Origin: Veleropilina oligotropha | Lineage: Eukaryota | Direction: 5' to 3' | Length of the DNA: 64,000 bases | Assembly (NCBI GenBank): GCA_048128005.1 | Contig: JBEUKZ010000032.1 | Span: 1-64,000 of the forward strand | Shown: in pieces, positions 12,980 through 24,086 of the stretch | Position numbering within the stretch: position 1 is the stretch's first letter | Layout of the letters: each line of letters opens with the position of its first letter | Notes under the pieces: generated by a model | What the model was told of the DNA's origin: nothing | Seen by the model: only the letters and a program-made list of their open reading frames with translations | Databases searched by the model: none | Program-made: the position numbers and the translations under genes

Positions 12980-13815
12980 TAGATGGGTCTCACACGAGTG
13001 GTCATTTAATATCACATTTATGAAACGAATTAACTAATTTTCATATTTTCCGAGGTTTCACGGACGAAAATATGAAAATTAGTTAACGAGTTTCATAAAT
13101 GTGATATTAAATGACCACGAATGTGAGATTCTTTTTATCATATATCTGAAAGTTATAAGGAAACAAGCTGTACAACGTTGCTTTTAATTTTGTTGACCCT
13201 TCTAACATACCGCAATTATGCGGCGTAGTAATATTGCAGAAGGTGAAATTTGTAAATGTGACAGTGGCATTGGGTGTGAAAAATAATCCCGTTTTTACCC
13301 ACTCTATAAACTATAAAGAACAATAAATGCTGTTATGAAAAGAACAAATGTCGCTTTATCAATATTATACTAATCCAACAAGCTCTATTTAACGAACATG
13401 AAATGCGTGTCGCGCGTGACTAATGTATGTCGATTTCCCTTTATCGTATAAGAGGTCGGCACAATTTGTCGTCTGCTGTCGACGAAGGTACGTTTGCTTA
13501 CATATATTACATATAAAGCATCAGAACAATAAAAAATGGTCGGCTTTGTATATGTTAACAATTATAAACACGTTTCCAGACTAATTTTGTAAAAATGCAA
13601 CGTTAATATGGTAATTTCCATCTAAAATAAGTTCGAATCGACGCCAATATGGCGGTATAATGATTGGAATGTACATCAAACATATTTCATAGCAGAAACT
13701 AAATTGCAAACTTGGCCTACTACGTTGTATTATGTATGCTATGACTATCGGAAGTTAAACAATCTTACCTGGATGGCTGCACTTAATATTTCAACTAAAT
13801 ATTGTTCGTTAGTTC
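12980..13815 (-). mobile_element. Same element, inverted (copy 2)
   Basis: Reverse complement of 11815-12634 with scattered substitutions and indels; internal palindrome at ~12988-13130. Confidence 0.7.
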
Positions 13816-14056
13816 CCTTGACCGTGGCCATGTTTTTCTGGTCGATTAAATCGCATATCGCCGAAATCGCATGATATAATATAGTCCGATACACTGTAAA
13901 TGACCTTGTATGACCCACTCTGTCATGGGATGTTATTCTGTTTCATTGATAAAATTGTCCAATCAAAATTACAAGAAAGTCGATATTACACACTTAAAGT
14001 ATGTAATATCGTTTTATTAAACACTTTGGTGCTATGTAAAATGACCCGGATATATG

Positions 14057-14073
14057 ATATATATATATATATA

Positions 14074-14148
<75 letters not shown>
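14057..14148. repeat. (TA)n microsatellite
   Basis: Read directly from the sequence. Confidence 0.97.
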
Positions 14149-14151
<3 letters not shown>

Positions 14152-14705
14152 ATTACATAAAGTGATTTTCACGTGCACAAAAGCTATTGTTGTTGAGATA
14201 TCAACCATTCAGTGCATTAGCCTCTTTATCGTTTATGTATGTTCCAAGAGCTCGGTCGAAGTCCATCAAACAGTAATGTTAACTTTAATCGACCACACAT
14301 GCAACATTCGAGCAGACCTCTATTCATGATAAATCCTCACGCATATTATGTGATGTATCATGTTTGTGAGTGACGTCTAATTTCCTTCGAAGTTTATACA
14401 GGCCAAATCGAGTGTGGAAAGAGACTAAACTCACCTTCAAATCAGACGAATTTCAGGCGAAAGGTTGGAAATGATAACGCAGTGCAAATATCTGCGCTAG
14501 TAGCTTTGCCACGTCTTCAATTAATCTTTAAAATTTCCAGTTTATTACTGATTCTAGCCGCCCAAGTAATATTGACGAAGGATGTATACACAACGAGCGC
14601 TGTTGCAACTCGATAATTTGAATGCCGCAATTGAGTGAACAGTTTATGAAGAGACATTTTTTTAATTTTAGTGAAATGATAGTCTGAATGCGATATAATA
14701 GAGGA

Positions 14706-15388
<683 letters not shown>

Positions 15389-15939
15389 AGAGAGAGTAAT
15401 GACCATTTGTAGCTTATGCATCATGACAGAGTACTAAGATCGTTTTATTTTGATTTTTAAACGGTTAGATTTATGACCACAATTATTTATTACGCTACAT
15501 TTCAACTTATAATATTGAAGCTATGCACAATGTCTATACCAAGTTCACATTGGAGTGTTGTCAAAAATGTATAGTATACAAAGTGTATTTGTATGGTTGG
15601 TTTCTATTGTTCTATTCAAGACAATGTTGCTAGTTGAAAATACAAACAATATGCAGACTGTTAGTCTCCATTGTTCTTTGGCAGAGAATGCGGTTAGTTG
15701 AGTCGGGATACCACGACCAATATATAATTGAGAAAAGAAAACAAACACAGTTTCCAATATAAACAAATACGCACTTAATTTATACATGTTAGTTTAAAAT
15801 AGCACAAGTTGCATTCAGAATTAAGCATATGATTGCGTTATTACCTGTTTCATAAAAACAAATCAATTATACTGTTTTCGCATCGGACACACATTGATTC
15901 TTAGGTAGCACAGATTCTCTCACGCTCTATCATACAATA

Positions 15940-16223
15940 CAGGGGCGAATCCAGGAATTTAGAAGGGGGGGGGGGTCGGGCCAATCCCAAAAGGACACAC
16001 AGGGCCCATGTGATTATTGGAACCCTAGTCAACGGTTGTGCGTTCGGAACCATGGTTCCCCAACGGACAACAAAATTTTGGATTCATTCCTACGAAACGG
16101 CCTCTCCTGCACTCTAAGAGTTTTATTTAATGTGAATCACTTTAGTTTTACGTCCGCGTTTTCCAGATTTCAGGGGGGGGGGGGGAAACTGCCCCCCCTG
16201 TCCTCATGGTAGCTACGGCCCTG
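15940..16223. mobile_element. CAGGG-terminated MITE or transposon end
   Basis: Starts CAGGGGCGAATCCAGG and ends TAGCTACGGCCCTG, similar to the termini of 47018-48451. Confidence 0.55.
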
Positions 16224-16316
16224 GCACCACGAAATTAAGCCAAAAGAACATCGATCGAATACGTTTTATGAATGTACTAGACAGGTGATATTGATCACAA
16301 CAAATTCAATTCAATT

Positions 16317-16977
16317 TCAATCGTCAAGAATATTGCGACTGAACATCCGTCTGTTGTTGACTGAAATGAACTCTTTCAGGACGGCATCAGTTTCAATTAT
16401 CAGGTCCTGATGCAAATTCATCAAACACAGTCCTGAGAGGCGCTCTTCGCCCATTATGTTGCGGATGCAGGTCTTGACTCTCCGGAAAAACGAGAACGAG
16501 CGTTCAGCTCCGGCACTGCCGACTGGAAGTGTGCATCCAACTCTCAGTAATGCAGATATATTGGGGAATATATCTGGATCTATCTTCCTGAAACAGTCGA
16601 TGACGTTTTCTGGCCGTTGGTCCTCGGAAGTGGTATTCCAGCTGTGCCGTCATTCTTTCATCTCGCTCTTTAGTGCGGTTGGTGTCGGCATATCCCTCTC
16701 CCCAAAACGGAGAGACTTCGAAGACTCTTTCAATTCTGTGTTGCTCATTTTTGCAATGATCACAGGGACTAATGCGAAAATCTCAGCGCATGTCCTGTTT
16801 TCCACGCTGAAGGGTATGTTCATTTGGACCAGCAAATGGTCCAGGAAGATAATTTGGACATTTCTCAGGAAATACGACTCCGGCGTGTCGGCTGGGGAAT
16901 TATCGCGGTGACATTGTCTCCAGACGATGCGCGGCATGGACACAGTTCCCCCAACGTTCTCGCATAGCAGCTTTGCC
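16317..16977 (-). pseudogene. hAT transposase C-terminal fragment (dimerisation domain), with one premature stop and truncated by the palindromic element
   Basis: One frame reads ...MPRIVWRQCHRDNSPADTPESYFLRNVQIIFLDHL...EMKE*RHSW...FPNISALLRVGCTLPVGSAGAERSFSFFRRVKTCIRNIMGEERLSGLCLMNLH. Confidence 0.88.
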
Positions 16978-17037
16978 AGTAGTAGTGACGCCTCTTGGGT
17001 AGCGTTTTCGGGTTCTAACCCTAGGTTTTGGGCGTTT

Positions 17038-17520
17038 CCCCTAACCCTAACTAGGTCAGCCCTAACTAGGTCAACCCTAACTAGGTCACCAACCCTAACT
17101 AGGTCACCCTAAGTAGGTCAACCTAAGTAGGTCAACCTAAGTAGGTCACCCTAAGTAGGTCAACCCTGCCCCTAAGTAGGTCAACCCATATGGTGGCTAA
17201 CCCCAGCCCTAACCCTAAGTAGGTCAACCCTAATTGGGTCATCAACCCTAACCCTCAGCCCTAACCCTAAGTAGGTCAACCCTAATTTGGTCAGCCCTAA
17301 GTAGGTCACCCTAAGTAGGTCAACCTCAACACTAACCCTAAGTAGGTCAACCCATATGGCGGCTAGCCCTAACCCCAACCCTAACCCTAATTGGGTCAAC
17401 CCTAAGTAGGTCAACCCTAACCCCGGCCCTAACCCTAAGTAGGTCAACCCTAATTGGGTCAACCCTAAGTAGGTCAACCCTAACCCTAACCCCACAACCC
17501 AAACCCTGCCCCAAGCCCTA
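17038..17520 (+). repeat. Outer-left telomere-like array: CCCTAA interleaved with TAANTRGGTCA
   Basis: About 20 units of ccctaa(g/c/t)t(a/g)ggtca mixed with (ccctaa)n. Confidence 0.93.
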
Positions 17521-17974
17521 GTTGGTATAGTCTATGTTAGCTAGTATGTGCGCATCGCCTATGATAGCTAGTGTGTTAGCTAGTGTGTTAGCTATGTTAG
17601 CTGCTATGTTAGCTAGTATGTTAGCTAGTTTAGCCTAGTATGTTCATAGTCTTCGTTCAGTTCTATTTTTTTTATCTGGTCAGGTATGGTCTAGTATGAT
17701 TGTTCAGTTCTGGTCTAGTATGATTGTTCAGTTCTATTTTTTTTTATCTGGTCTTGTTTGGTAACGTCATGTCATGAGTCTTGTCATGAGTCATATTTCT
17801 GCGAATGTCTGTCATTGTTTTTTATTTCGCGGGTAGAAATAGCGTCCATTTTTAAAAATGGGGGTCATATTTCAACGCTATTATCATATATTAATTCATC
17901 CAGTTTTAAATTTGGCATTATTAATAATCTCTATTTTATAATCGCCATATGATGATCACATAAATTCGTCTGGA

Positions 17975-18058
17975 CTTGTGACGTCATGGATCATGTCTTG
18001 GCCTTGTGACGTCATGGATCATGCCTTGTTAGTTCTGTGATGTCATGGATCATGTCTT
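17975..18058 (+). promoter_or_regulatory. Three tandem tgtga(c/t)gtcatggatcatg units, two with perfect CRE (TGACGTCA); mirrored at ~28060-28143
   Basis: Motif seen directly; regulatory function is an inference. Confidence 0.4.
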
Positions 18059-18240
18059 GTTCTGGACATGTCTCTAAACACTGTTCAACTCCCATATATC
18101 ACCAGTCCGAATCTGATATCAAATAGTATTATTCATTAAGACTAAACTCTGTAATCCACTATCATTATATGTTACATTCTGATGTAATATAGAGAAAAAT
18201 CACAATGTATAAGCAGATTGAACCGACAATCTATGGCATT

Positions 18241-18592
18241 GGGGGTGGGGGCATACCCCCCGGGCACTCCACCCTGTTCCGGGGGTGTGGGGCCAGTATA
18301 ACCATATGCTTTCACCATTTAACCCAAGGTTTTCACTGTTAGTTTTGTGCATTTCCCCCCGGGGGTGGGGTATTGGGGTGGGGGCATACCCCCCGGGCAC
18401 TCCACCCTGTTCCGGGGGTGTGTGGGGGCAGTATAACCCTATGCTTTCGTCGTTTAACCCTATGTTTTTGGTGTTTAACCCAAGGTTTTCCCTGTTAGTT
18501 TTGTGCATTTCCCCGGGGGTGGGGTTTTGTCAGGGGTGGGGGCATACCCCCGGGCGACCCAACCCTGTTCCCAGGGGCGGGGGTAGGTATAA
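18241..18592 (+). repeat. G-rich tandem repeat (~135-155 bp, ~2.5 units); mirrored at ~27526-27877
   Basis: ggggtgggggcatacccc(c)cgggc...accctgttcc starts at ~18241, ~18376 and ~18533. Confidence 0.85.
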
Positions 18593-19419
18593 CCTTAGGT
18601 TTCCTCTGTCTAGATGAACTATATTGTTCAGTGTTTATTCAAATGTATTTTCCAATGCTATAGACATTGCCGAGTCATATTGGAAGGTCTGCAATTTGGG
18701 CGAATTTGTATGTATACAGCTGTCATGCGACATGTTTGTTGACGTGAAAGCCTTTGTTTCGGATTAAGCGAATAAAGCGATTAAAATCGACTTATAAGTA
18801 AGTATATACGATGAAATTCAACAGATAATGTCATTTGAATACGAAATATATCTATAATCATTATAATGGTGGCATAACAGCGAATTATCAGTGGAAAATT
18901 GCTATCGATAGCGTATTAGTCGTATATGGTTTGTTGCTATATTTAGCGAATACTCAATAATAACAGAATGGTATGTAGATAAATAAATAGCGATGAGATT
19001 CAACAGATATAATGTCATTTGAAAACGAAATATACTTTTAATGATGGTATAATGAAGAATTATTAGTTAATTATTAGCGATTATGAATAATTATCAACGC
19101 TAATATATGACCAGTACTGAGTACGGGATCACAGCATACAGCATTAAAAACAGCTCTCAGTCTGTCATATTAACTGAATGCCGCTTATATATATATATAG
19201 TTTGTTGTAACTATTTATAGATTATGACTAATCCGTCATTACTGTGATTTCAACTGATTGCGCAATGTCATTTGGGTAAAGCTGGGAATTTCCATAATCC
19301 CTGCATTCTTGCACTCATTCGTTATTTTTTAAGAAAATTCAGATATCAGCCTAAATGCTTTCATATAATGATAAATAAATAGTAAATACCCTCTCATATT
19401 AACCAAAACGGGAGGGGGG

Positions 19420-20070
19420 ATAGATCTATGATTGAACCGTTTAACATTTCCATTTGATCAGACGAATTATGGGGCGGATAACTGTGATTTAACCAGGTGC
19501 TATTATCCCTATATGAATAACATATACTGTTAGTTAGAGAGGTAATATTTATTACATTGCCACATATGAAGCATATTATTATATATATATACCTGACTGT
19601 TTAACGTCTCCATTTGATCAGCCTAATTAGGGGGAGATAACTGTGTACGGTTTCTATTACCACTTATTTGAAGCTTATATGCTGTTAGCTAGGGAGGTAA
19701 TATTTATTACATTGCCACATATGAAGCATATTATTATATATATATACCTGACTGTTTAACGTCTCTATTTGATCGGCCTAATTAGGGGGAGATAACCGTG
19801 TACGGTTTCTATTACACCTATATGAATGACATATACTGGTAGTTAGCGAGGCTATATTTATTACATAGCCACGTGTGAAGCATATTATATACACGTCCGA
19901 TTAACGTCTCTATTTTATTGAACGAATTAGGGGGAGGCAACTGTGTTCAGTTTCTATTACCCCTATATGAATAACATATAATGATAATTATATTTTTCAA
20001 TGCAGTTTGTGATGCATTTATTTCATATCGGACTGTTTATCATCTCCATTTGATCAGATGAACACAAGGT
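19420..20070 (+). repeat. ~150-bp diverged tandem repeat (~4 units); mirrored at ~26050-26700
   Basis: Recurring tttaacgtctc(c/t)atttgatc...aattagggggag...tttctattac...taatatttattacattgccacatatgaagcatattat. Confidence 0.85.
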
Positions 20071-20099
20071 TTACGGTATATCTGCCCGATTTATTTCAT

Positions 20100-20204
20100 C
20101 TATTATTTTAAGCGGAAGCATATGCCGCCGGCTGGCCTCGAACCTGAGCCATCCTGGCTGCCTCGGTTGAGTGTCTGATTCGCTAACCACTCGCCCACCG
20201 ATGC
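20100..20204 (-). ncRNA. tRNA-like Pol III/SINE head, left-arm copy
   Basis: Mirror of 25914-26018. Confidence 0.6.
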
Positions 20205-20711
20205 AGTTATGTGATTATGATTAGATGAACTATATAAGTGTTATATAGCGATTTTTTCACCAAACAATTATATATTTATATTGGCAGGTCATTGTTCATG
20301 CTGAAGGTTCATAACGCATCTGATCATATTGTCGTCAACTGATTATTTATACGGCCGTGATGTTACTATATATAGTCACATTGTTACTATAAATAGCCTG
20401 TTGGGTTTTTCCATCATTACATGACCGGAAGTTATCGCTGATTGGCTGTTGAAACAGAGAGGATGGCTGTGATTGGCTGTTGCCATCGCTCGATAAGAGG
20501 CGCACGCTGATTGGTTAATCTGGTAGCTGCTTTAAATACATTGAATCATATGTTCACACATACTATTCATAGTGATTAGTTTTACCGCATGACATTTCTA
20601 TGTCATCTGCTATGCTCTCTCAGTAGTATATTTCACACAGACATTGTCAATAAAAACAAATCAATTATTATATTTATTATTTATTAATCACTTTCATTAT
20701 ATTAAATACAT

Positions 20712-22026
20712 TTATTCATTGTCTTCATCCAGCTCCATGCTGTCTCCTTCACCTTCAGAAGATTCAGTTTGCCAGTATGTTTCGATTTCAGGTTGTAATT
20801 TTGTCACGGCCATATTGATAGAGGCTTTTGAACCATGACCACGTTCTAAGTATTTATCCATTTTGTCCAACACCTTATTATGTACTTTTCCGTGTCTTAA
20901 TCTTTTAATGTAGAACAGTATTTCCTTATATTTATTCATGACTTGTACTAAATCCTCAAGATATAACTTGTCGTTTGTTTTTTCCGCGGCCTCTTCGTCG
21001 TTCAACCCTTCCTTGATGTATCTTTCATATTTTCCTTCAAAGAGTGCTTTATTTTGATCATGGCTTAACTTCATGAGTTGATCAAACACTTTTGATTCTT
21101 CATCAATCATTTTTGATTCTTTATTGATTATGTCCAAGTCTAATTTTCTTTTTTTAGAATTTCCATGACACCAATCTTTTATATGCTCTTGTAAGCGTGA
21201 ACTATGATCAAATAATAAGCCACAATAATTGCAGGAGATCATGTCTTCCTCTTCGCTGCTGCTATAATAATGATCAATCTCTGCTACATGTTGCTTTATA
21301 TATGGGTTATATCCGCCTGCTATAACTGGATCATTTGTCTGTGCGAGCCTCGTTTTCGATTTTTCATTGAAATAATCTCTCTCAAATACATTTGATCGAA
21401 TTCGATTCATTTCAGACGTATGCACTTTAAAATCCAGCAGTATATAGCCATAGGGTTCTTTCGTTGCATCTTCAAATTGCTTCATGAGTTTGTCTGGACT
21501 TCCAGGATACATTTGTCTTGCCAGAGTCATAACAAGTTGCTTGTCAACAGGACTATTGAATAATATCAAGTATTGACAATTTCTTCGCTGTGTGGGGTCT
21601 TTAGAGTGATACAAGTTTTGATTAATAGCTATAACTGAGAGATTTCTATGATGACTGCCTTCTGTGAATAGATCAGTGATGCTTTCATCTTTACTGGTCA
21701 TGAGGTCATCCAGTACAATAACATTTCTTATTCTTGGATCTAAGAATTCATCATTGGCAAGGTCTGGTGGAATTCCTTGCATAAATTCAACAGAAATACT
21801 AGTTTTGATGACATCGTACAGTGGCTGCCATCTTTTGTATAACCAAATAATTCTTTGTGGTGCAGGAGAGATAAGGGCATGAAGTAAAATATTTTTAACT
21901 AAGTAAGTCTTTCCAGATGATGTCGGGCCTGAGACAGTCAATGTAAAGGGATGTTGTAACTGAAATGGGGTGTAAGAAGGTGGTGGTGGTGGTGGTGGTG
22001 GTGGCGGCGGCGGCGGCGGCGGCGGT

Positions 22027-22067
<41 letters not shown>

Positions 22068-22222
22068 CGGCGGTGGTGGCGGCGGCGGTGGCGGTGGCGG
22101 CGGCGGCGGTGGGGGTGGGGTGTTGGCGGGTAAATGATCTCAATGGCATGTTTTTGGTTGAAATGTCTCAGCAATACATCTCGTCTAGAAAATGTTTTGA
22201 GGCAATCAATACACTTATGCAT
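20712..22222 (-). pseudogene. Left-arm copy of the ZnF-polyPro-packaging ATPase gene, frameshifted at the start of the polyproline tract
   Basis: The downstream 409 aa are identical to the right-arm protein. The C-run after ccgccaaca is one base shorter than in the right arm, giving an RRRH frame. This could be a homopolymer sequencing error. Confidence 0.75.
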
Positions 22223-22652
22223 GGCTTCCTGGAGGTCCAGAAAAAAGACTTCCAATTACAAACTTCTTTTGTGGAACAATCTTCGATGTGACCTCCTTGA
22301 CCTCTTTTGATATACTGATATATTTTCTCTTCTTTCCCCTTTTTGTTTCATTTCCAGCTTTTATCTGTTTTCTAATTTGAATAGGTTTATGATCATTCAG
22401 CTTTATCATATTCTGTTTTGTCAATTCGATGTGGGGAACGCCCTCTTTTTCATCTTTTTCGTGTTCGACTTTTGCCCTTTCGTTCACTGCAGCCATCGGT
22501 GTAGTCATGGGGATCATGTAGGGAGTTCTATATATGCCAGCCATGCCTCTTTTTTGTGGATAAGGAGAATATGAACTGACTTTACCATCGTATAAATCTT
22601 TATATATCTGATCCCATTGTCCTGGCACACTAACATACAGTTTTCCTGACAT
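22215..22652 (-). CDS. 145-aa basic hypothetical protein, left-arm copy
   Basis: Identical to ORF 23468-23905. Confidence 0.7.
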   Translation of the reverse strand: MSGKLYVSVPGQWDQIYKDLYDGKVSSYSPYPQKRGMAGIYRTPYMIPMTTPMAAVNERAKVEHEKDEKEGVPHIELTKQNMIKLNDHKPIQIRKQIKAGNETKRGKKRKYISISKEVKEVTSKIVPQKKFVIGSLFSGPPGSHA

Positions 22653-22726
22653 GTTTAAAATGAAGTGTCACCGTCACTGTTTCGTTCATAAATGAAGACA
22701 ATTTGTCTGCATGCACCTTTTTATAT

Positions 22727-23000
22727 CCTAACCCTAAGTGGATCAACCCTAACCCTAAGTGGGTCAACCCTAACCCTAAGCGGGTCAACCCTAAGTAGGT
22801 CATCAACCCTAAGTAGGTCAACCCTAAGTGGGTCAACCCTAACGCCCCTAACCCTAAGTAGGTCAACCCTAACCCTAAGTGGGTCAACCCTAACCCTAAG
22901 TGGGTCAACCCTAACCCGAAGTGGGTCAACCCTAACCCTAAGTAGGTCACCCTAACCCTAAGTGGGTCAACCCTAACCCTAAGTGGGTCAACCCTAACCC
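22727..23000 (+). repeat. Inner-left telomere-like/RORE array
   Basis: About 13 units of (ccctaa)1-2-gt(a/g)ggtca-a. Confidence 0.93.
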
Positions 23001-23030
23001 TAGGGGAAATGTCCAAAACCTAGGGTTAGG

Positions 23031-23089
23031 AACATGAGCCAGCTTCACTGGCTCCAGTGTCAGCTTCTCTGACTGACACTGGACATGAT
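23031..23089. other. Palindrome axis: two-eared T/Y-shaped hairpin
   Basis: AGCCAG-cttca-CTGGCT and CCAGTGTCAG-cttctctga-CTGACACTGG, closed by CATG/CATG. Confidence 0.85.
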
Positions 23090-23119
23090 CCTAACCCTAG
23101 GTTTTGGACATTTCCCCTA

Positions 23120-23393
23120 GGGTTAGGGTTGACCCACTTAGGGTTAGGGTTGACCCACTTAGGGTTAGGGTGACCTACTTAGGGTTAGGGTTGACCCACT
23201 TCGGGTTAGGGTTGACCCACTTAGGGTTAGGGTTGACCCACTTAGGGTTAGGGTTGACCTACTTAGGGTTAGGGGCGTTAGGGTTGACCCACTTAGGGTT
23301 GACCTACTTAGGGTTGATGACCTACTTAGGGTTGACCCGCTTAGGGTTAGGGTTGACCCACTTAGGGTTAGGGTTGATCCACTTAGGGTTAGG
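23120..23393 (+). repeat. Inner-right telomere-like/RORE array (TTAGGG strand)
   Basis: Mirror image of 22727-23000. Confidence 0.93.
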
Positions 23394-23394
23394 A

Positions 23395-23430
23395 TATAAA
23401 AAGGTGCATGCAGACAAATTGTCTTCATTT
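23395..23430 (+). promoter_or_regulatory. TATA box and initiator of ORF145 (mirrored at ~22690-22725)
   Basis: TATAAAAAGG at 23395, TCATTT with its A at 23427 (32 bp downstream), ATG at 23468. Confidence 0.6.
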
Positions 23431-23467
23431 ATGAACGAAACAGTGACGGTGACACTTCATTTTAAAC

Positions 23468-23905
23468 ATGTCAGGAAAACTGTATGTTAGTGTGCCAGGA
23501 CAATGGGATCAGATATATAAAGATTTATACGATGGTAAAGTCAGTTCATATTCTCCTTATCCACAAAAAAGAGGCATGGCTGGCATATATAGAACTCCCT
23601 ACATGATCCCCATGACTACACCGATGGCTGCAGTGAACGAAAGGGCAAAAGTCGAACACGAAAAAGATGAAAAAGAGGGCGTTCCCCACATCGAATTGAC
23701 AAAACAGAATATGATAAAGCTGAATGATCATAAACCTATTCAAATTAGAAAACAGATAAAAGCTGGAAATGAAACAAAAAGGGGAAAGAAGAGAAAATAT
23801 ATCAGTATATCAAAAGAGGTCAAGGAGGTCACATCGAAGATTGTTCCACAAAAGAAGTTTGTAATTGGAAGTCTTTTTTCTGGACCTCCAGGAAGCCATG
23901 CATAA
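23468..23905 (+). CDS. 145-aa basic hypothetical protein, possibly a Polinton core/DNA-binding protein
   Basis: ATG in good context after a TATA box; K/R-rich C-terminal half (KRGKKRK); stop overlaps the next ATG (ATGCATAA). Confidence 0.7.
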   Translation: MSGKLYVSVPGQWDQIYKDLYDGKVSSYSPYPQKRGMAGIYRTPYMIPMTTPMAAVNERAKVEHEKDEKEGVPHIELTKQNMIKLNDHKPIQIRKQIKAGNETKRGKKRKYISISKEVKEVTSKIVPQKKFVIGSLFSGPPGSHA

Positions 23906-24051
23906 GTGTATTGATTGCCTCAAAACATTTTCTAGACGAGATGTATTGCTGAGACATTTCAACCAAAAACATGCCATTGAGATCATTTACCCGCCAACAC
24001 CCCCACCCCCACCGCCGCCACCGCCGCCGCCACCACCGCCGCCGCCACCGC

Positions 24052-24086
<35 letters not shown>

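Noticed and set aside
21895..22291. Poly-Ala, poly-Val and Arg/His-rich ORFs (also 23971-24180)
   Set aside because: Alternative frames of the CCR polyproline tract.
22727..23393. Chromosome end-to-end telomere fusion site
   Set aside because: The orientation is CCCTAA then TTAGGG, opposite to a fusion (TTAGGG then CCCTAA), and the arrays lie inside an element with defined boxes and termini.
22630..23490. LGLGLTH / TLTLSGS ORFs (also 17181-17495 and 28621-28866)
   Set aside because: Stop-free frames of the telomere-like arrays; no independent coding evidence.
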